From an uncultured delta proteobacterium (GTDB taxonomy: Bacteria > Myxococcota > Myxococcia > Myxococcales > Anaeromyxobacteraceae), in NCBI GenBank assembly GCA_963814585.1, contig CAWFDF010000012.1, positions 192,001-256,000 on the forward strand: DNA of 64,000 nt, in the 5' to 3' direction. A program made the position numbers and the translations under genes. Every line of letters starts with the position of its first letter. Position 1 is the stretch's first letter. The notes beneath the pieces were generated by a model. That model saw only the letters and a program-made list of their open reading frames with translations. It searched no databases and was not told the DNA's origin. Below are positions 1 through 12,449 of the stretch, piece by piece.

Positions 1-3
1 CTG

Positions 4-1470
4 GTGGCGCTGGAGAGGGCCTCGGTGACCCTGGGCGAGGCGCCGGTGCTGCGCGACGTCACGCTGACGCTGCGCGCGGGCGACCGCTGGGCCGTGATCG
101 GCGCCAACGGCTCCGGCAAGTCGACGCTGCTCCGCCTGCTGCGCGGCGACCAGTGGCTCGACCCCCGGCTGCCGGGGCGCCGACTCTTCCACGGGCCGGA
201 CGGCGAGCCGCAGGTGAGCCCCATCGGCGTGCGGGAGCGGATGGCCCTGGTGGGGCCCGAGGCGCAGGACGAATACGCCCGCGCCGACCTGGACCTGCCG
301 GTCGAGGCGGTGATCCGCTCCGGGCTCGACGGCGAGCGCTACCCGGTCTGGCCGGCCACGCCGGCGCGGACGGCCCTGGTCGAGCGGGCCGCGGCGGCCC
401 TGGGCGTGGGGGGGCTGCTGCGCCGCCGCTTCCTCTCGCTGTCGCGCGGCGAGGCGCGGCGGGTGCTGGTGGCCCGGGCGCTGGCGGCGGGGCCCGAGGT
501 GCTGCTGCTCGACGAGGTCTGCGACGGGCTCGACCCGGCCGGGCGCGAGGCCTTGCTGGGGCGGCTCACCGCCGTGGCGGCGGCCGGGGTCACCGTGGTG
601 ACGGCGACGCACCGGGAGGAGGAGATCTTCGCCGGCGTGGACCGGGTGGTCCAGCTGGAGGGCGGCCGCGTCACGGGCGACCGCGTGGCGGAGGGCCGCG
701 TGGCGGTCGGCCAGTCCACGGACGGCCGCGTCCCGGACGCTCGCGCCACGGCAGGACGCGCCCCGGACGGCCGCGCACCACCCGGCCGGGCCCCGGACGG
801 TCCGGTCCAGTTCGACCTGCGCGAGGTGACGGTCCTGGTGGAGGGCCGCCCCGTCCTGGATCGCGTCACCTGGACGGTCCGCGCCGGCGAGGCCTGGGGC
901 GTCACCGGCCCCAACGGCGCGGGCAAGTCCACCCTGGTGCGGCTGCTGGCCGGGGAGGAGCAGCCGGCCAGCGGCGCCATCCACCGGCTCGACCTCGGGG
1001 CGCATGCCGACGCCGGCCAGGTGCGGCTCCGGGTCGGCCTGGTCTCCCCCGAGCTCCAGGCGCGCCACCGCTTCGACGCGCCCGGCGAGTCGGTGGTCCT
1101 CTCCGGCTTCCTCGGCACGGTGGGGCTGGCGGCCCCGCCCGGCCCCGGGCAGGTCCGGATGGCGCGGGAGACCCTCGCCCGGCTCGGGCTCGAGCCCCTC
1201 CGGGAGCGGCGCTTCCTCTCCTGCTCCTACGGCGAGCAGCGGTTGCTGCTGCTGGCCCGGGCGCTGGTGGCGCGCCCCGAGGCGCTGCTGCTCGACGAGC
1301 CCTTCGCCGGCCTGTCCCCCGAGGCGCGGGGGGCCGTCGGCGAGAGGCTGGCCGCGCTGGGCCGCGAGGGGATCACGCTGGTGCTGGTGAGCCATCACGA
1401 GGACGAGCTGGCGGGGCTGGCCGGGCGGCGGGCCCGGCTGTCGGCAGGCCGGCTCGAGCTGGAGAGGTGA
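4..1470 (+). CDS. ABC ATP-binding protein with two ATPase domains (ModF-like)
   Basis: Two Walker A (GANGSGKS, GPNGAGKS) and two Walker B (LLLDE) motifs. The start may lie upstream of the window. Confidence 0.8.
   Translation: MALERASVTLGEAPVLRDVTLTLRAGDRWAVIGANGSGKSTLLRLLRGDQWLDPRLPGRRLFHGPDGEPQVSPIGVRERMALVGPEAQDEYARADLDLPVEAVIRSGLDGERYPVWPATPARTALVERAAAALGVGGLLRRRFLSLSRGEARRVLVARALAAGPEVLLLDEVCDGLDPAGREALLGRLTAVAAAGVTVVTATHREEEIFAGVDRVVQLEGGRVTGDRVAEGRVAVGQSTDGRVPDARATAGRAPDGRAPPGRAPDGPVQFDLREVTVLVEGRPVLDRVTWTVRAGEAWGVTGPNGAGKSTLVRLLAGEEQPASGAIHRLDLGAHADAGQVRLRVGLVSPELQARHRFDAPGESVVLSGFLGTVGLAAPPGPGQVRMARETLARLGLEPLRERRFLSCSYGEQRLLLLARALVARPEALLLDEPFAGLSPEARGAVGERLAALGREGITLVLVSHHEDELAGLAGRRARLSAGRLELER
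661..810 (+). repeat. Degenerate 15-nt tandem repeat (10 units) encoding a pentapeptide linker
   Basis: Units such as ggcggccgcgtcacg / gagggccgcgtggcg / gacggccgcgtcccg / gacggccgcgcacca with exact 15-nt period; encodes xGRxx repeats between the two ATPase domains. Confidence 0.7.
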
Positions 1471-2106
1471 TCAGCCGCGATCGAGCTTGATGGCGTCGGG
1501 CAGCTCGTTGGCTGCCGGAGCGCCGCCGCGAGGGAAGTGCTCCGCGAGCCGGGCCCCGCACCGGCCGATGGCCTCGACGAAGCCGTCGGCGGGCGCGCCG
1601 CGCCTCAGGCCCGACACCAGGGCGTCGACGGTGGCCTTCCACTCCGCCTCGCCGACCCGGGCGTGGATGCCGTGGTCCCCCAGCACCACCGCCTCCCGCT
1701 CCAGCAGCGAGGCGAAGAGGAGCACGCCGGTTCCCTCGGCGGTCTGGTGGAGCCCGTGCTCCAGGAAGGCTCGCATGGCCCGGGATCTCACCGCCTGGTC
1801 CATGGCCACCCGGCCCACCAGCCAGCGCTCCACCGGTCCCAGCCGGCCGATCGCCCACCCCAGCAGGCCACCCGCCACCTGCGCCACCGGCAGCTCGGTC
1901 AGGGTCAGGTGCAGCGGCGAGAGCAGCAGCCCCGCGGTCACCAGCGACGCGGCCAGGAGCGCCGAGCGCAGCCGGACCTCGGCGTAGTCGTCGCTCCTCG
2001 CCACCACCACCGGCACCACCTGCCCGCGCGTGCCGGCCTCGGCCGACCGGACCGCCTCGGCCACCCGGGCGCGCGCCGCCTCGTCGAAGCTCCGCTCCAG
2101 CACCAT
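1471..2106 (-). CDS. TPM domain (DUF477-like) membrane protein
   Basis: AEAGTRGQVV...GVLLFASLLEREAVVLGDHGIH...NELPD pattern; third gene of a lemA-TPM-TPM operon. Confidence 0.85.
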   Translation of the reverse strand: MVLERSFDEAARARVAEAVRSAEAGTRGQVVPVVVARSDDYAEVRLRSALLAASLVTAGLLLSPLHLTLTELPVAQVAGGLLGWAIGRLGPVERWLVGRVAMDQAVRSRAMRAFLEHGLHQTAEGTGVLLFASLLEREAVVLGDHGIHARVGEAEWKATVDALVSGLRRGAPADGFVEAIGRCGARLAEHFPRGGAPAANELPDAIKLDRG

Positions 2107-2114
2107 GCCGCCTC

Positions 2115-2882
2115 CTACCAGCTCCCCGACGCGCCGCCGCCGGAGAAGCCGCCACCGCCACCGCTCCAGCCCCCGCCGCTGCCGCCGCCACCACCGAGGC
2201 CGCCACCCCAGCCACCTCCGCCTCCGCCGCCACCGAGGCCGCCACCCCAGCCGCCGCCGCGCCAGTGCGAGCGTCGGAACGGGCTGCCCCCGAAGGTCAG
2301 GCGCAGCACCACCACCAGGATCAGGAGCACGACCCCGAGGAGCCCGCCGAAGCGCCCGGAGCGCGATGGGCGCTCCGAGGCCCGCTCGGGCATGCCGGCC
2401 GGCAGCGCGCCCAGCGCCCGCAGCACCTGCACCCCGGCCTCGTGGAGACCGTCGCCGTAGCGGCCGGCGCGGAACGCCGGCGTCAGCACCGAGCGGATGA
2501 TCCGCGAGGCCTGCACGTCGGTGAGCGCCCCCTCGACGCCGTTCCCCACCTCGATGCGGACCTTCCGGTCGTCGACGGCGACCACCAGCAGCACCCCGTC
2601 GTCCCGCGCCGCGTCGCCCAGCCTCCAGGCCTCGGCGACGCGGATGGCGAACTGCTCGATGGGCTCCCCGTCCAGCTCCCGGACCACCAGGAACTGGAGC
2701 TGGACGCCGCGGCGCCCCTCGACCTCCCGGGCCGCACGCGCCAGCGCGTCGAGCCGGCGAACGTCAGCGGCGGAGAGGATCCCGGCCTCGTCGACCACCG
2801 GGCCGGTGAGCCGGGGCACGTCGCGCGCCAGGCCCAGGGCCGGGAGCGCGGCGAGCAGCGCGGCGAGGGCGAGCGTTCGCAC
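2115..2882 (-). CDS. TPM domain protein (YgcG-like) with Gly-rich C-terminal tail
   Basis: Signal peptide, VVDEAGIL, DDGVLLVVAVDDRKVRIEVGNGVEG, one TM helix and a GGGGFSGGGASGSW tail. GTG start chosen at 2882. Confidence 0.9.
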   Translation of the reverse strand: MRTLALAALLAALPALGLARDVPRLTGPVVDEAGILSAADVRRLDALARAAREVEGRRGVQLQFLVVRELDGEPIEQFAIRVAEAWRLGDAARDDGVLLVVAVDDRKVRIEVGNGVEGALTDVQASRIIRSVLTPAFRAGRYGDGLHEAGVQVLRALGALPAGMPERASERPSRSGRFGGLLGVVLLILVVVLRLTFGGSPFRRSHWRGGGWGGGLGGGGGGGGWGGGLGGGGGSGGGWSGGGGGFSGGGASGSW

Positions 2883-2917
2883 CGTCCCCCGCCTGGTGCC
2901 GCGCCCGGGGCGCGGCA

Positions 2918-3499
2918 CTAGAACTTGACCTTGGGGGCGGTGGCCGCGTCCGGGGTGGTGGCCTGGAACTGCGGCTTGGGCTGCTTCTTGTAGAACCACG
3001 AGTTGGTCCAGCTGGTGGGCGGCACCGTCACCAGGTCGTTGAAGGCCTGCACCCCCTCGATGTAGCGGCGGCGGGCGATGGCGATCCGGTTCTCGGTCCC
3101 CTCCAGCTGTGCCTGCAGATCGCGGAAGTTCTCGTTGGCCTTCAGCTGCGGGTAGCTCTCGGCGACCGCCAGCAGCCGGCCGAGCGCGCTGCGCAGCTGC
3201 CCCTGCGCCTCCTCGAACTGCTTCAGCTTCTCCGGCGTCAGGTCGCTGGCGCTGAGCTGGACCGAGGTGGCCCTGGCCCGGGCGCTCACCACCGCCTCGA
3301 GCGTCTCCTTCTCATGGGAGGCGTAGCCCTTCACGGTCTCGACCAGGTTGGGCACCAGGTCGGCGCGGCGCTGGTACTGGTTCTCCACCTCCGCCCAGGC
3401 GGCGGTGACCGCGTTCTCGGCGCGAGGAATCGACTGGTAGCCGCACCCTCCCAGCAGGAGGGCGGCGGCGGCGGCAAGGACGGTGCGGGTGTTGGTCAT
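2918..3499 (-). CDS. lemA: LemA family lipoprotein
   Basis: LGGC lipobox, AWAEVENQYQRRADLVPNLVETVKGYA, ESYPQLKANENF, LEGTENRI. Confidence 0.95.
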   Translation of the reverse strand: MTNTRTVLAAAAALLLGGCGYQSIPRAENAVTAAWAEVENQYQRRADLVPNLVETVKGYASHEKETLEAVVSARARATSVQLSASDLTPEKLKQFEEAQGQLRSALGRLLAVAESYPQLKANENFRDLQAQLEGTENRIAIARRRYIEGVQAFNDLVTVPPTSWTNSWFYKKQPKPQFQATTPDAATAPKVKF

Positions 3500-3667
3500 G
3501 GAGGGTAACCTAGTCTGGAATCGGGGCCGGGTGGCGACCCCGTCGGGTCGGACGAGGATGGCATGGCGAGAGCCGGGACGCAGCAACCAGGGCGGGACGC
3601 GACGAGAGGCCGCGACCGGCGGGCCGGATCGACGCCGCGCGGCGCTCGCGCGCCGGGCGGACTGGTC

Positions 3668-4011
3668 GTGAAGTTCGAGCCCTTCTACCGGGTGGCGCGG
3701 CGCATCCCGCGCGGCCAGGTCGCCACCTACGGGCAGGTGGCGGCGCTGGCCGGCCGCCCGCGCGGCGCCCGGCTCTGCGGCTACGCCCTCTCGGCGCTGC
3801 GCAACACCGTCCACGACGTGCCGTGGCAGCGGGTGCTGGGCGCCCGCGGCGCGGGGCGCGCCGGCATCTCGCTGCGTGATCCGGTCGGCGCGGCGGCGCA
3901 GCGGTCGCTGCTGGCGAAGGAAGGCGTGGCGCTCGATGCGCGCGGCCGCGTCGACCTGGCCCGCTTCGGCTGGCGGCCCCGCCAGCGGTCCAGGTCGCCG
4001 GCGACCGGTTC

Positions 4012-4015
<4 letters not shown>
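3668..4015 (+). CDS. Alkyltransferase-like (MGMT/ATL, YbaZ-like) DNA-binding protein
   Basis: [19 protein letters not shown] has Trp in place of the catalytic Cys of PCHRV, as in ATL proteins. Confidence 0.85.
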
Positions 4016-6538
<2,523 letters not shown>

Positions 6539-6696
6539 CCTCGTCCTCCTGCGGCGTGGGAATCTCGACGGGCCTTGTCGTAACAGGACCGCACGGGCCG
6601 CGCATCCTACCGCGGCCGGCCCGCGGCGCGCGCGCCGCTTGCCACCCCCGGGCGCGGCGGGGTGGGGTAGCATCGCGCCAGACCCCGGGAGCCTCG

Positions 6697-7047
6697 ATGA
6701 CCACCATCCTCCGACACGCCATCCCCATCCAGACCACCTTCGATCCGCCGCCCGGCAACGCCGTCGAGCGGGTCATCGGGCCGTGCTGGGGGATCACGGT
6801 GCGAAGCCGCAGCGTCATCGGCACGACCTGCGCCGGCCTGCAGACCATCTTCGGCGGCGAGATCACCATGTTCACGGAGCTGGCCAACGACACGCGCAAC
6901 GAGGCCATGAACCGGCTCGAGCAGCACGCTCGCGAGATGGGTGCCAACTGCGTGCTGGGCTTCCGCTTCGACTCCTCCGAGCTGATGCAGAACACCAACG
7001 AGATCGTGGCCTACGGCACCGCGGTGGTGATCCGGCCCAGGACGTGA
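6697..7047 (+). CDS. YbjQ/UPF0145 family protein
   Basis: GITVRSRS...GGEITMFTEL...A...GANCVLGFRFD...AYGTAV. Confidence 0.9.
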   Translation: MTTILRHAIPIQTTFDPPPGNAVERVIGPCWGITVRSRSVIGTTCAGLQTIFGGEITMFTELANDTRNEAMNRLEQHAREMGANCVLGFRFDSSELMQNTNEIVAYGTAVVIRPRT

Positions 7048-7078
7048 TCGTCACCTCCCCTCCACGCGCACTGGCCCC

Positions 7079-7702
7079 ATGAGCCGGACCCCGCCGGCGC
7101 TGGCCCGCCGCCTCGACCGGCTGGCGCGCCGCGCCCACCTCTTCCACCGCTTCGCCCACCACCCGCTCTGCGACGCCTACGGTGGCGAGGTGGTCCGGCT
7201 GGGCCGGCGCACCCGGCTCTGCCGGGGCTGCGCGTTCGCCTCCGCCGGCGCGGCGGCCGGGGCCGTGGCCGGGTGGGCCTCGCCGCCGCCCTCCGTCGAG
7301 TGGCTGCTGCTCGGCCCCGCCATCCTGGCCGGCTGGGCCGCCCTGGCGCTGGCGCCACGCGGCAGCCGCCGACCGTCGAAGTGGATCACCCGGGCCGGGC
7401 CGCTGGCGATGGCCGCCTTCCTGGCTGTCGCCGGCCTGGGTGCGGCCAGGCACGCCGAGCCCGGCGACTGGGCCGGCGCCACCTCGGCGGTGACGGCCAC
7501 GGCCATCGTCGCGCTCGGCCTGGTCCGCTACCGCCGCCACGGCCCGGACCGGGCCCCGTGCCTGGGCTGCGCGCAGGCTCCCCCCGGGCCGCGCTGCGAC
7601 GGCCTTCGCGCGGTGGCGCGGCGGGAGCGGGCCTTCTCGCGGCTGGCGTCGCGCTGGATCGCCAGGAGCCGGCGCGGTTCGTGCGAGACTGCTCCGCCAT
7701 GA
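7079..7702 (+). CDS. Hypothetical membrane protein with His/Cys motifs
   Basis: About 4 hydrophobic segments; HHPLC, CRGC and CLGC-x8-C motifs; ATGA overlap with the next gene. Confidence 0.65.
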   Translation: MSRTPPALARRLDRLARRAHLFHRFAHHPLCDAYGGEVVRLGRRTRLCRGCAFASAGAAAGAVAGWASPPPSVEWLLLGPAILAGWAALALAPRGSRRPSKWITRAGPLAMAAFLAVAGLGAARHAEPGDWAGATSAVTATAIVALGLVRYRRHGPDRAPCLGCAQAPPGPRCDGLRAVARRERAFSRLASRWIARSRRGSCETAPP

Positions 7703-9906
7703 TCGCGCTGATCGCCCCCCTGCTCCTCGCGGTCGCCGGACCCGCCCCGGCCGCCCTCCCCGTACCGGGCGCCTCGCCGGCCGAGGCCGAGCCGTTCCTG
7801 AAGCGCTACCTGGAGACCCGCCGCTTCTCGGCCGGCCGCCCCTTCCGCGCGGTCCTCACCCCCGGCGGCGACGCCGCCGTCTTCCTCCGCTCCGGACCCC
7901 GCTCCCCGGTGGCCGCGCTCTTCACCACCGATCTCGGGAGCGGCGAGACGCGCGAGCTGGCCAGCGCCGAGAGGCTGCTGGCCGGGGACCCGGGCATCCT
8001 CACCGCCGCCGAGCAGGCCCAGCTGGAGCGGCAGCGGATCAGCACTCGCGGCATCACCGCCTTCGAGCTCTCCCGGGACGGCCAGCGGCTGGCCGTCGCC
8101 GTGGGCGGCAGGCTCTTCCTGCTGGAGCGGGCCACCGGCGCCATCACCCGGCTCGAGCCGGGCGGCCGGCCGCTCGACCTGCGCTTCTCGCCCGACGGCG
8201 CCACCCTCTCCTACGTCGTCGATCACGACATCCGCCTGCTCGACCTCGCCACCGGCGCGGCGCGGCCGCTCACCACCGGCGGCACCGAGGACGTCCCACA
8301 CGGCATCGCCGAGTTCGTCGCGCAGGAGGAGTTCGACCGCTTCTCCGGGCACTGGTGGTCACCCGACTCGAGGCTGGTGGCCTGGCAGGAGACCGACCAG
8401 CGCGCCGTCGAGAGGTTCACCATCCACGACCCGCTCCACCCCGAGCGCCCGGCAGACACCTTCCGGTACCCGCGCGCCGGCCACGCCAACGCCACGGTCC
8501 GGCTGGCCGTCTCGCCCGTCACCGGCGGCGCGCCGGTCTGGGTCGCCTGGGATCGCGACAAGTACCCCTACCTCGGCGAGGTGCGCTGGACCGAGGGCGG
8601 TCCCCTCTGCCTGGTGGTGCTGACGCGCGCCCAGGACGAGCTGGCGCTGCTCGCCGCCGATCCGGTCACCGGCGCGACCCGGGAGCTGCTGACCGAGAGG
8701 GACGCTGCCTGGGTCAACCTGGTGCAGGGCTTCCCTCGCTGGAAGGAGGACGGGACCGGCTTCTTCTGGCTCTCCGAGCGGACCGGCTGGCCGGAGATCG
8801 AGCTGCGCCGGCCCGACGGCTCGCTGGCCTCCACCTGGGTCAAGGGCAGCGCCGGGCTGGCGCGCCTGGTCGGCTACGACGAGCGGCGGCGCTGGCTCTG
8901 GTTCACCGGCGGCCCCGAGCCGACCCAGACCAGGCTCTACGTGGTGAAGGACGGCGCGCCGCCGGAGGAGTGGCTGGCGCCGGTGGTGCCGGTCTCCACC
9001 AGCGCCCTGCTCTCCAGGAACGGCGAGGTGCTGCTGGTGACGCGCTCCACCCTGGGCGCCGCGGGCCCGCCGGTGGCCCACCGCACCGACGGCCGGCGGC
9101 TGGTCGAGCTCCCGTCGGTGGCGGAGAAGCCCCCCTTCGAGCCCAGGGCCGAGCTCTACCGGATCGGACCGGCGCCGGGCTTCTACGCCTCGGTGATCCG
9201 GCCCCGCGCCGCCCGGCCCGGTGCGAAGCTGCCGGTCTACCTCTCGGTCTACGGCGGGCCCCACGTCCAGATGGTCGGCGTGCACCCGGACCACCTGGCC
9301 CAGTGGATCGCCGACCAGGGCTTCATCCACGTCGCCATCGACGGGCGCGGCACGCCGCGGCGGGGGCGCGACTGGGAGCGCTCCATCCGCGGCGACTTCG
9401 CCGGCCCGGCGCTCGACGACCAGGTGACGGCCTTGAAGGCGCTCGGCGCGGTCGTCCCCGAGCTCGACCTCACCCGCGTCGGCGTCGAGGGGTGGTCGTT
9501 CGGCGGCTACTCCGCGGCGCTGGCGGTGATGCGCCACCCGGACGTCTTCAAGGCGGCGGTGGCCGGGGCGCCGGTGGTCGACTGGGCCGACTACGACACC
9601 GCCTACACCGAGCGGTACCTCGGCATGCCCGGGCAGGCGCCGGAGGCCTACCGGCGATCCTCGCTCCTCACCTGGGCGCCGAAGCTGCAGCGCCCGCTGC
9701 TCCTCGTCCACGGCACCGCCGACGACAACGTCCACTTCTTCCACTCGCTCAAGCTGGCCGACGCGCTGCTGCGCGCCGGCAGGCGGCACGAGCTGCTGGT
9801 CCTCCCTGGGCTCTCCCACCAGGCCCAGGCCACCGGTGACCCGGCCTACGTGGCGCGGATCCGGGAGCGGTCGCTCGGGTTCCTCCAGCAGCACCTGGCG
9901 AGGTGA
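7699..9906 (+). CDS. S9B dipeptidyl peptidase IV family protein (secreted)
   Basis: Signal peptide, AEFVAQEEF, GWSFGG nucleophile elbow, HGTADDNVH, C-terminal catalytic His. Confidence 0.93.
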   Translation: MIALIAPLLLAVAGPAPAALPVPGASPAEAEPFLKRYLETRRFSAGRPFRAVLTPGGDAAVFLRSGPRSPVAALFTTDLGSGETRELASAERLLAGDPGILTAAEQAQLERQRISTRGITAFELSRDGQRLAVAVGGRLFLLERATGAITRLEPGGRPLDLRFSPDGATLSYVVDHDIRLLDLATGAARPLTTGGTEDVPHGIAEFVAQEEFDRFSGHWWSPDSRLVAWQETDQRAVERFTIHDPLHPERPADTFRYPRAGHANATVRLAVSPVTGGAPVWVAWDRDKYPYLGEVRWTEGGPLCLVVLTRAQDELALLAADPVTGATRELLTERDAAWVNLVQGFPRWKEDGTGFFWLSERTGWPEIELRRPDGSLASTWVKGSAGLARLVGYDERRRWLWFTGGPEPTQTRLYVVKDGAPPEEWLAPVVPVSTSALLSRNGEVLLVTRSTLGAAGPPVAHRTDGRRLVELPSVAEKPPFEPRAELYRIGPAPGFYASVIRPRAARPGAKLPVYLSVYGGPHVQMVGVHPDHLAQWIADQGFIHVAIDGRGTPRRGRDWERSIRGDFAGPALDDQVTALKALGAVVPELDLTRVGVEGWSFGGYSAALAVMRHPDVFKAAVAGAPVVDWADYDTAYTERYLGMPGQAPEAYRRSSLLTWAPKLQRPLLLVHGTADDNVHFFHSLKLADALLRAGRRHELLVLPGLSHQAQATGDPAYVARIRERSLGFLQQHLAR

Positions 9907-11307
9907 TCAGCCCCGCCTCAGGGCCGTGGCCAGCTCGGCGTAGAGGTGGATGGCGCTCCGGATCGCCTTCTGGAAGTCGCCGAGGTCGAGGCTCTCGTTC
10001 TCCGAGTGGGCGTTGGAGTAGGGATCCTCGACGCCGATGAGGAGCGCCGGCGCGCCGCCCAGCGCCCGGGCGAAGGGCTCGACGAAGCCGATCGAGCCGC
10101 CGCAGCCGATGGCCAGCGCCTTCTGGCCGAACCCCTGCTCCAGCGCCCGGAAGGCCGCCGCGAAGGCCGGGTGGCCGAGGTCGGTGATCCAGGGGGCGCC
10201 GCTGGCGACCGGGGTGATGGTCACCTCGACGCCCCAGGGCGCCGCCGCGCGCAGCGCCGCCTCCAGCTGCTGGCGCACCGTCTCCGGGTCCAGGTCGGGG
10301 ACCAGCCGGACGCCCACCCGGGCCCAGGCCACATCGCTGATGATGTTGCGCGCGTCCTTCCGGCTCGAGGCCTGGATGGCGTTCACCGAGAGCGCTGGCT
10401 GCCACCAGGTGGTCTCGAGCGGGTGGCGCTGCCCGAGCAGCCGGACCCCGGGCCGCATCCTCGCCTGCCGGCGGAAGTCCTCCACCGTCACCGGCAGCGC
10501 CTCGATGGCCTCGCGCTGCGCCGGCGTCAGCGGACGGACCCGCTCCATCACGCCGGGGATGGCGATCTGGCCCGCCTCGTCCACCAGCCCCGCCAGCATC
10601 TTCGCCAGCGCCAGCACCGGGTCGGGCACCGGGCCTCCCCACATGCCGGAGTGGATCGACTGGTCGAGGGCCCGGACCTCCACCTCGACGCAGACCAGGC
10701 CGCGCAGCGCGACCGTCACCGACGGAACGCCGGTCTCGACGTTGCTGGTGTCGGTCAGGATCATGGCGTCGGCGTCGAGGCGGGAGCGGTACCGGGCCAG
10801 GAAGGCGCCGAGGTGGTCCGAGCCGATCTCCTCCTCCCCCTCGATCACCAGCTTCACGTTGACCGGCAGGCGCCTGGCCCCGCGCGCCCAGGCGTCGACG
10901 GCGGCGACGTGGGTGAGGATGCCCGCCTTGTCGTCGGCGGCGCCGCGGCCGTAGAGCCGCCCCTCGCGCTCGGCCGGCTCGAAGGGCGGGCTCTTCCAGG
11001 CCTCGGCGTCCCCGGCCGGCTGCACGTCGTGGTGGGCATAGAGCAGCACCGTGGGGAGCGCCGGGTCCTCGATGCGCTCGCCGTAGACGTAGGGGTGGGC
11101 GCCTTCGATCCGGAGCACCTCCACGCTGGAGAAGCTGCGGCGGCGCAGCAGCTCGGCCACCGCCTCGGCGCTCCGGTTCAGCTCGATCTCCGGGAAGCCG
11201 GGGAAGGAGACCGAGGGGATGTGGACCAGCCGCTTGAGCTCGTCCAGGTAGATGGCGGCGTTGCGTTCGTAGTGGGCCAGGGCCAGGTCGGTCGCGTGGT
11301 CGCTCAT
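9907..11307 (-). CDS. M20 family metallo-dipeptidase
   Basis: YAHHDVQP, GRGAADDKAG, EGEEEIGS, HSGMWGG, AHSENE. Confidence 0.93.
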   Translation of the reverse strand: MSDHATDLALAHYERNAAIYLDELKRLVHIPSVSFPGFPEIELNRSAEAVAELLRRRSFSSVEVLRIEGAHPYVYGERIEDPALPTVLLYAHHDVQPAGDAEAWKSPPFEPAEREGRLYGRGAADDKAGILTHVAAVDAWARGARRLPVNVKLVIEGEEEIGSDHLGAFLARYRSRLDADAMILTDTSNVETGVPSVTVALRGLVCVEVEVRALDQSIHSGMWGGPVPDPVLALAKMLAGLVDEAGQIAIPGVMERVRPLTPAQREAIEALPVTVEDFRRQARMRPGVRLLGQRHPLETTWWQPALSVNAIQASSRKDARNIISDVAWARVGVRLVPDLDPETVRQQLEAALRAAAPWGVEVTITPVASGAPWITDLGHPAFAAAFRALEQGFGQKALAIGCGGSIGFVEPFARALGGAPALLIGVEDPYSNAHSENESLDLGDFQKAIRSAIHLYAELATALRRG

Positions 11308-11330
11308 GGGATCGGGATATAAGGCGGGAG

Positions 11331-12449
11331 ATGCCGGTCTCACGGACCCTTCCGGAGCGTGGCCTTCGACGGCTCGGCGAGGCCATCGGGGTGACCCGGA
11401 TCGCCCGGATCACCGGCCTCGACCGGGCCGGCGTCGAGGTGGCGGCGGCGATCCGCCCCGGTGGCCACGTCCTGCAGGTCTCCACCGGCAAGGGGGAGAC
11501 CTGGGCCGACGCCGCCCGGGGCGCCCTCTCCGAGGCGGCCGAGCTCGCCGCCGCCGAGCGCCCCCGGATCGACGCCCGCGCCACCTACCAGGCGCTGGCA
11601 GGCCGGTACGGCGCGGCGGTGATCGACCCGGCCTCGCTCTCCCCCTCCGAGGCCGGCCCGGAGTGGCGCCGGCTTCACCTGGCCTGGCGGGAGGCGATCG
11701 ACCTCGCCACCGGCGCGACGCGGCTCATCCCCAGCCAGGCCGTGCACTGCCCCGCGCCGGACGGCGAGCCGCTCGGCCTCGGGGTGGTGCCGTGGACCTC
11801 CTCCGGCCTGGCGGCCCACCCCGACCGCGAGGCCGCCCTCCTCCATGCCCTGCTGGAGCTGTGCGAGCGCGACCAGCTGGCCCGGGCGCTGCCGCGCGGC
11901 TTCACGCCCCGCCTGGTCGAGGAGCGGCTGCTCGACCCGGCCTCGCTGGCGAGGGGGGCGCCGCGGACGGCGGCCTGGTGCCAGGCGCTCGCGGCACGCG
12001 GCTTCACCGTCCACCTGATCGACGCGTCGGGGCCGCTCCGGCTCCCGGTCGCGGCGGCCCTGCTGGTCGACCGCGACGGGGGCCCGGTGCCGCTGGCGGC
12101 CGGCTACGCCTGCCGGCGGACGCGCGACGAGGCCCTGCTGGCGGCCTTGCTGGAGGCGGCCCAGACGCGCCTCACCGAGATCCACGGGGCGCGCGAGGAC
12201 GTCCTGCACGGCCAGCGGGACGCCGCCGCGCCGCTGCTGCGCTGGTGCGATCGCGCCCGGCCCGCGCGCCGCGCTGCCGACCTCCCCAGCCACCCGCCCC
12301 TGCCCGCCCGGGCCCAGGTGGCCCGGCTGGTCCGCCTCCTGGCCTCGGGCGGCACGCCGCCCGTCGCCGCGGACCTGGTCGGCCCGCCCGGCCTGGCCGT
12401 GGTCAGGGTGCTGGCCCCCGGCCTGCGGCGCTCGGAGCTGCTCGGATGA
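11331..12449 (+). CDS. ycaO: YcaO-family protein (TfuA-associated, thioamide-forming type)
   Basis: GVTRIARITGLDR, STGKG, SEAAE, SSGLAA, ELCERD, EAAQTRLTEIHGAREDV, VRVLAPGL; ATGA-coupled to tfuA. Confidence 0.9.
   Translation: MPVSRTLPERGLRRLGEAIGVTRIARITGLDRAGVEVAAAIRPGGHVLQVSTGKGETWADAARGALSEAAELAAAERPRIDARATYQALAGRYGAAVIDPASLSPSEAGPEWRRLHLAWREAIDLATGATRLIPSQAVHCPAPDGEPLGLGVVPWTSSGLAAHPDREAALLHALLELCERDQLARALPRGFTPRLVEERLLDPASLARGAPRTAAWCQALAARGFTVHLIDASGPLRLPVAAALLVDRDGGPVPLAAGYACRRTRDEALLAALLEAAQTRLTEIHGAREDVLHGQRDAAAPLLRWCDRARPARRAADLPSHPPLPARAQVARLVRLLASGGTPPVAADLVGPPGLAVVRVLAPGLRRSELLG

Noticed and set aside
2118..2265. Repetitive Gly-rich sequence as a repeat element or RiPP precursor
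   Set aside because: It is the normal in-frame Gly-rich tail of TPM/YgcG proteins.
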